Positions 61,442 through 64,000 of a DNA stretch of 64,000 bases are shown here, piece after piece. The notes beneath the pieces were generated by a model. The model saw nothing but the letters and a program-made list of their open reading frames with translations. It did no database searches and was not told the DNA's origin. The translations under genes and the position numbers were made by a program. Every line of letters starts with the position of its first letter. The stretch's first letter is position 1. Location: contig CAVYEU010000095.1 in the NCBI GenBank assembly GCA_963767415.1, positions 2,959 through 66,958 on the forward strand, given 5' to 3'. This DNA comes from an uncultured Eubacteriales bacterium. Lineage in GTDB: Bacteria > Bacillota > Clostridia > Acetivibrionales > CAVYEU01.

Positions 61442-63748
61442 CTAATGCAAATGATGCACCTGCTCTTGATATCTGTTTACTGCTATGTTTAGCTGTGTTG
61501 AATTGATTTCAATAGCTTTATTGAAATCCAGTGTCAATCTTCCAGTTTCTTCATCATAGCTTGCTGCTGTGATAGATGGAGGATTGTTAACTGTTAATGC
61601 CATGGTAGTCTGTGGAATTAGGTTTAATGCTGTGTCTTTAATTGAACCTGCTCCCAATGTGATTGTCCATGGAGATGCTAAAGCTGCTATAGCTTGTGAA
61701 CTTGCTGTACTTAGATCCATTGTAATCTGCGTTCCATCTACTCCAAGACCTTGGAAATCACTTGCTGTTAAAGTTACTGTTCCATTTCCATTTGCCCCTG
61801 TTACTGTGAACTGTGTTGGCTTTACATTTAAAGGATCTCTTTTTATATTTTCATTAAAGTTCAATGTCAATTCACATAACTGAGTATTATAATAAGCTTG
61901 TGTAAGAACTGGAGGTGTAGTATCTGGTGTTGCTAATCCAGTAAATGTTGCTGATGAATTTTGTAAAACTGTATTTAAAGCTAGGTCTTCTACTTCATTC
62001 GATGATGCTTGGGTAATATAAACTATATATTGCTTTGGTATTAAACCGTTTACTGTAAATGGTGAAAATGTAGTATTTGATACATCTGTTCCAGCTAAAG
62101 TAATCATTACAGTTGTCTGATCAGCAGAAAGAGTAATTACTGATTGTGTTGTAAGATCTCTGTAATATCCGGTTGAAACGTCCATTATTCTGTAGTTTGT
62201 AATATCAAGCGTTCCTGTAGTTGACATTGCTTTGCTAAATGTCAATGCGATTTGTGTTGCATTCATTGCCTGTGTACTTACTAATGTTGGTCTTGTTAAA
62301 TCTGGTGAAAATGTTCCTGTCAATGCAGTACCGGTTGCTGGAGTATAAGTCCATGTTACTGATGATACTGTATTGTCTATTGTATCAGTTGTTAGATCTA
62401 CTTCTGTTGTGCTTACTAATACAGGAGCTGAAACTGCATATGTTGTTCCTGGTGTTACAGTATTCTTTAATGCAAATCTGCTTAGTAAGTCTGCTATTGT
62501 TGCTGTTGTAAATCCAGTTCCTGTTAACTTGATTTCTTGTCCAGAAATCGCTGACACTGCTGAAATATTAAATGTTGCTGATACTGTAAAAGCTGCTGCT
62601 GATACTGGTGCAGTTGTCTGGTATGCAACCGAGTATACAACTGATTGATCAACTGTTCCTGCTGTTACTGGTGCAACAGTTAATACTGCAGTATTAGTTG
62701 TTGCATCAAAACCATATACTGTCGCTGCAACTGATGTAGCTGCTGTTGTTCCAATTGCTTGTGATACTGTGAAATCAGTTGTTGCTGGAGCTGTTGCTGG
62801 TGCTTGATTTAATAATACTGCAACCTGTCCATTTGTTGCAGTTGCTGATACAGCATATACTGATGAAGCAACTGGTGCTGGTGTAGCTGAAGTCTGAGTA
62901 GTTTGGCTTCCTGATGCCCCTGGTACTGGTGTAGCTTGTCCAGGTGCTCCTGAAGATTGTCCTGCTGGTTCTGATGATCCTGTCAAACCTGCTACATCAT
63001 TTGCTATACCTGTTTTATCTACTGCATCTTGAGTTACTTTTCCATCTGATGTTAATTTAGCAAATATTGTCTGCGGTGTTTCTATGTCACCATTAGCTTG
63101 TTTATAAGGTGCTGCTAATAATGCATAATAAGCGAATCCTACGAAATCATCTTTTGTTAAGTCTTTATTTTCCAATACTGCCATATTACTTGCATATGCT
63201 GCAAAATTTGGATTGGCTGCTGCATTACTGATCTCTACTATTTTCTCTACAGCTTGATCATAACTAAAATCTCCTGCTGTTGAATCATACCCTAACTGTT
63301 TCAAAACTAGAGTACATAAATCTTTTCCTTTCAATGGGCCTTGAGGATTAAAAGTTCCATCAGGATTTCCTGCAATCATCGCAGCATAATCTGTACTTGT
63401 TGCATATGCGATTTGGTTTACTGCCCATGAATCTATTTGGCCTGAATCTTTAAATTGCGACACTATTTGTTGTGCGTCTGTAGGGTCTATTGCTTTAGCA
63501 TCGTCTTCTAAGCCAAATAATCTTAGAACTAGTATTGCTCCTGCTTCTCTTGTTAGAGAATCCTGTAATGCTGGAACAAATGTGGTAGCTGATGTACCGT
63601 AGTAAAGTCCAAGATCGTGTAACTTCCCTGCCTCTTGCGAGAAGCCAAACTGTTGTGAACTTGCGGGTGCTGCCCACACAGGTACAATAGCTGTCAAAAG
63701 CATTGCCATAACTACTAGTACCGCTAAATTCTTTTTGAGACTTCGCAT
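61442..63748 (-). CDS. S-layer / cell-surface protein N-terminal portion with signal peptide and SLH domains
   Basis: Signal peptide (MRSLKKNLAVLVVMAMLLTAIVPVWA), GGAGGA RBS, SLH-like repeats (..FKDSGQIDSWAVNQIAYA..GNPDGTFNPQGPLKGKDL..), then a long T/S/A/V-rich Ig-like repeat region. Ends at a frameshift-type stop. Confidence 0.65.
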   Translation of the reverse strand: MRSLKKNLAVLVVMAMLLTAIVPVWAAPASSQQFGFSQEAGKLHDLGLYYGTSATTFVPALQDSLTREAGAILVLRLFGLEDDAKAIDPTDAQQIVSQFKDSGQIDSWAVNQIAYATSTDYAAMIAGNPDGTFNPQGPLKGKDLCTLVLKQLGYDSTAGDFSYDQAVEKIVEISNAAANPNFAAYASNMAVLENKDLTKDDFVGFAYYALLAAPYKQANGDIETPQTIFAKLTSDGKVTQDAVDKTGIANDVAGLTGSSEPAGQSSGAPGQATPVPGASGSQTTQTSATPAPVASSVYAVSATATNGQVAVLLNQAPATAPATTDFTVSQAIGTTAATSVAATVYGFDATTNTAVLTVAPVTAGTVDQSVVYSVAYQTTAPVSAAAFTVSATFNISAVSAISGQEIKLTGTGFTTATIADLLSRFALKNTVTPGTTYAVSAPVLVSTTEVDLTTDTIDNTVSSVTWTYTPATGTALTGTFSPDLTRPTLVSTQAMNATQIALTFSKAMSTTGTLDITNYRIMDVSTGYYRDLTTQSVITLSADQTTVMITLAGTDVSNTTFSPFTVNGLIPKQYIVYITQASSNEVEDLALNTVLQNSSATFTGLATPDTTPPVLTQAYYNTQLCELTLNFNENIKRDPLNVKPTQFTVTGANGNGTVTLTASDFQGLGVDGTQITMDLSTASSQAIAALASPWTITLGAGSIKDTALNLIPQTTMALTVNNPPSITAASYDEETGRLTLDFNKAIEINSTQLNIAVNRYQEQVHHLH

Positions 63749-64000
63749 ACTCTCAAATCCTCCTTGTGTTTTGTATTTTGGAAGTAGTGAATAATAATAA
63801 AGCCAGGCTAAACCTACTCCCGATAGTTCAATAACCTGACTTTCAATAAACCTTAGGATAGTACCTTACCATTCGTATCCTTTGGATTCTAGTTTATTAT
63901 AACAAAGTGATTTTTTGACGTCAATGAATTGATCTCAGATGTAAAGAAATTGTAATAGAATTGAAATAATCACGGGGCAAGTCTTTGACTCAAATCGGAT

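Overview
Low-GC (about 30% by eye) Firmicutes/Clostridia-type chromosomal window from a spore-forming, flagellated organism with an SLH-anchored S-layer. Core genes present: leuA-ilvC-ilvN, pgsA, mtaD, tRNA-Pro, a 1421-aa fused acyl-CoA-dehydratase activase-like protein, sleB, rex, murT/gatD, kimA, cwlD, a GT4/PglC-like/CapD glycan locus, a flotillin-like protein, the CIRCE-controlled hrcA-grpE-dnaK-dnaJ operon, prmA, a flagellar accessory cluster (flaG-fliD-fliS-fliT-like-fliS2 with pseC and an epimerase), metH, nth and hsp20. Accessory or unusual content: (i) an MqsR-like toxin gene followed by a 350-aa antitoxin that fuses an MqsA-like Zn-ribbon/HTH N-terminus to a Panacea/DUF4065-like C-terminus; (ii) an IS110-family transposase remnant beside tRNA-Pro; (iii) a 5-kb island holding a frameshifted Y1 (IS200/RAYT-like) transposase, five copies of a GC-rich REP-like palindrome, three Rpn/YhgA-like PD-(D/E)XK nuclease genes and a 1.3-kb direct repeat; (iv) a perfect 140-bp palindrome; (v) a 95-bp hairpin element present twice, one copy in-frame inside the NlpC/P60 gene; (vi) a GC-rich candidate structured element upstream of kimA, which lacks the expected c-di-AMP riboswitch on its sense strand; (vii) several genes broken at homopolymer runs, including a large SLH S-layer gene split into at least four ORFs. 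No CRISPR array or rRNA was seen. All calls rest on reading the sequence and recalled family signatures; no database search was possible.
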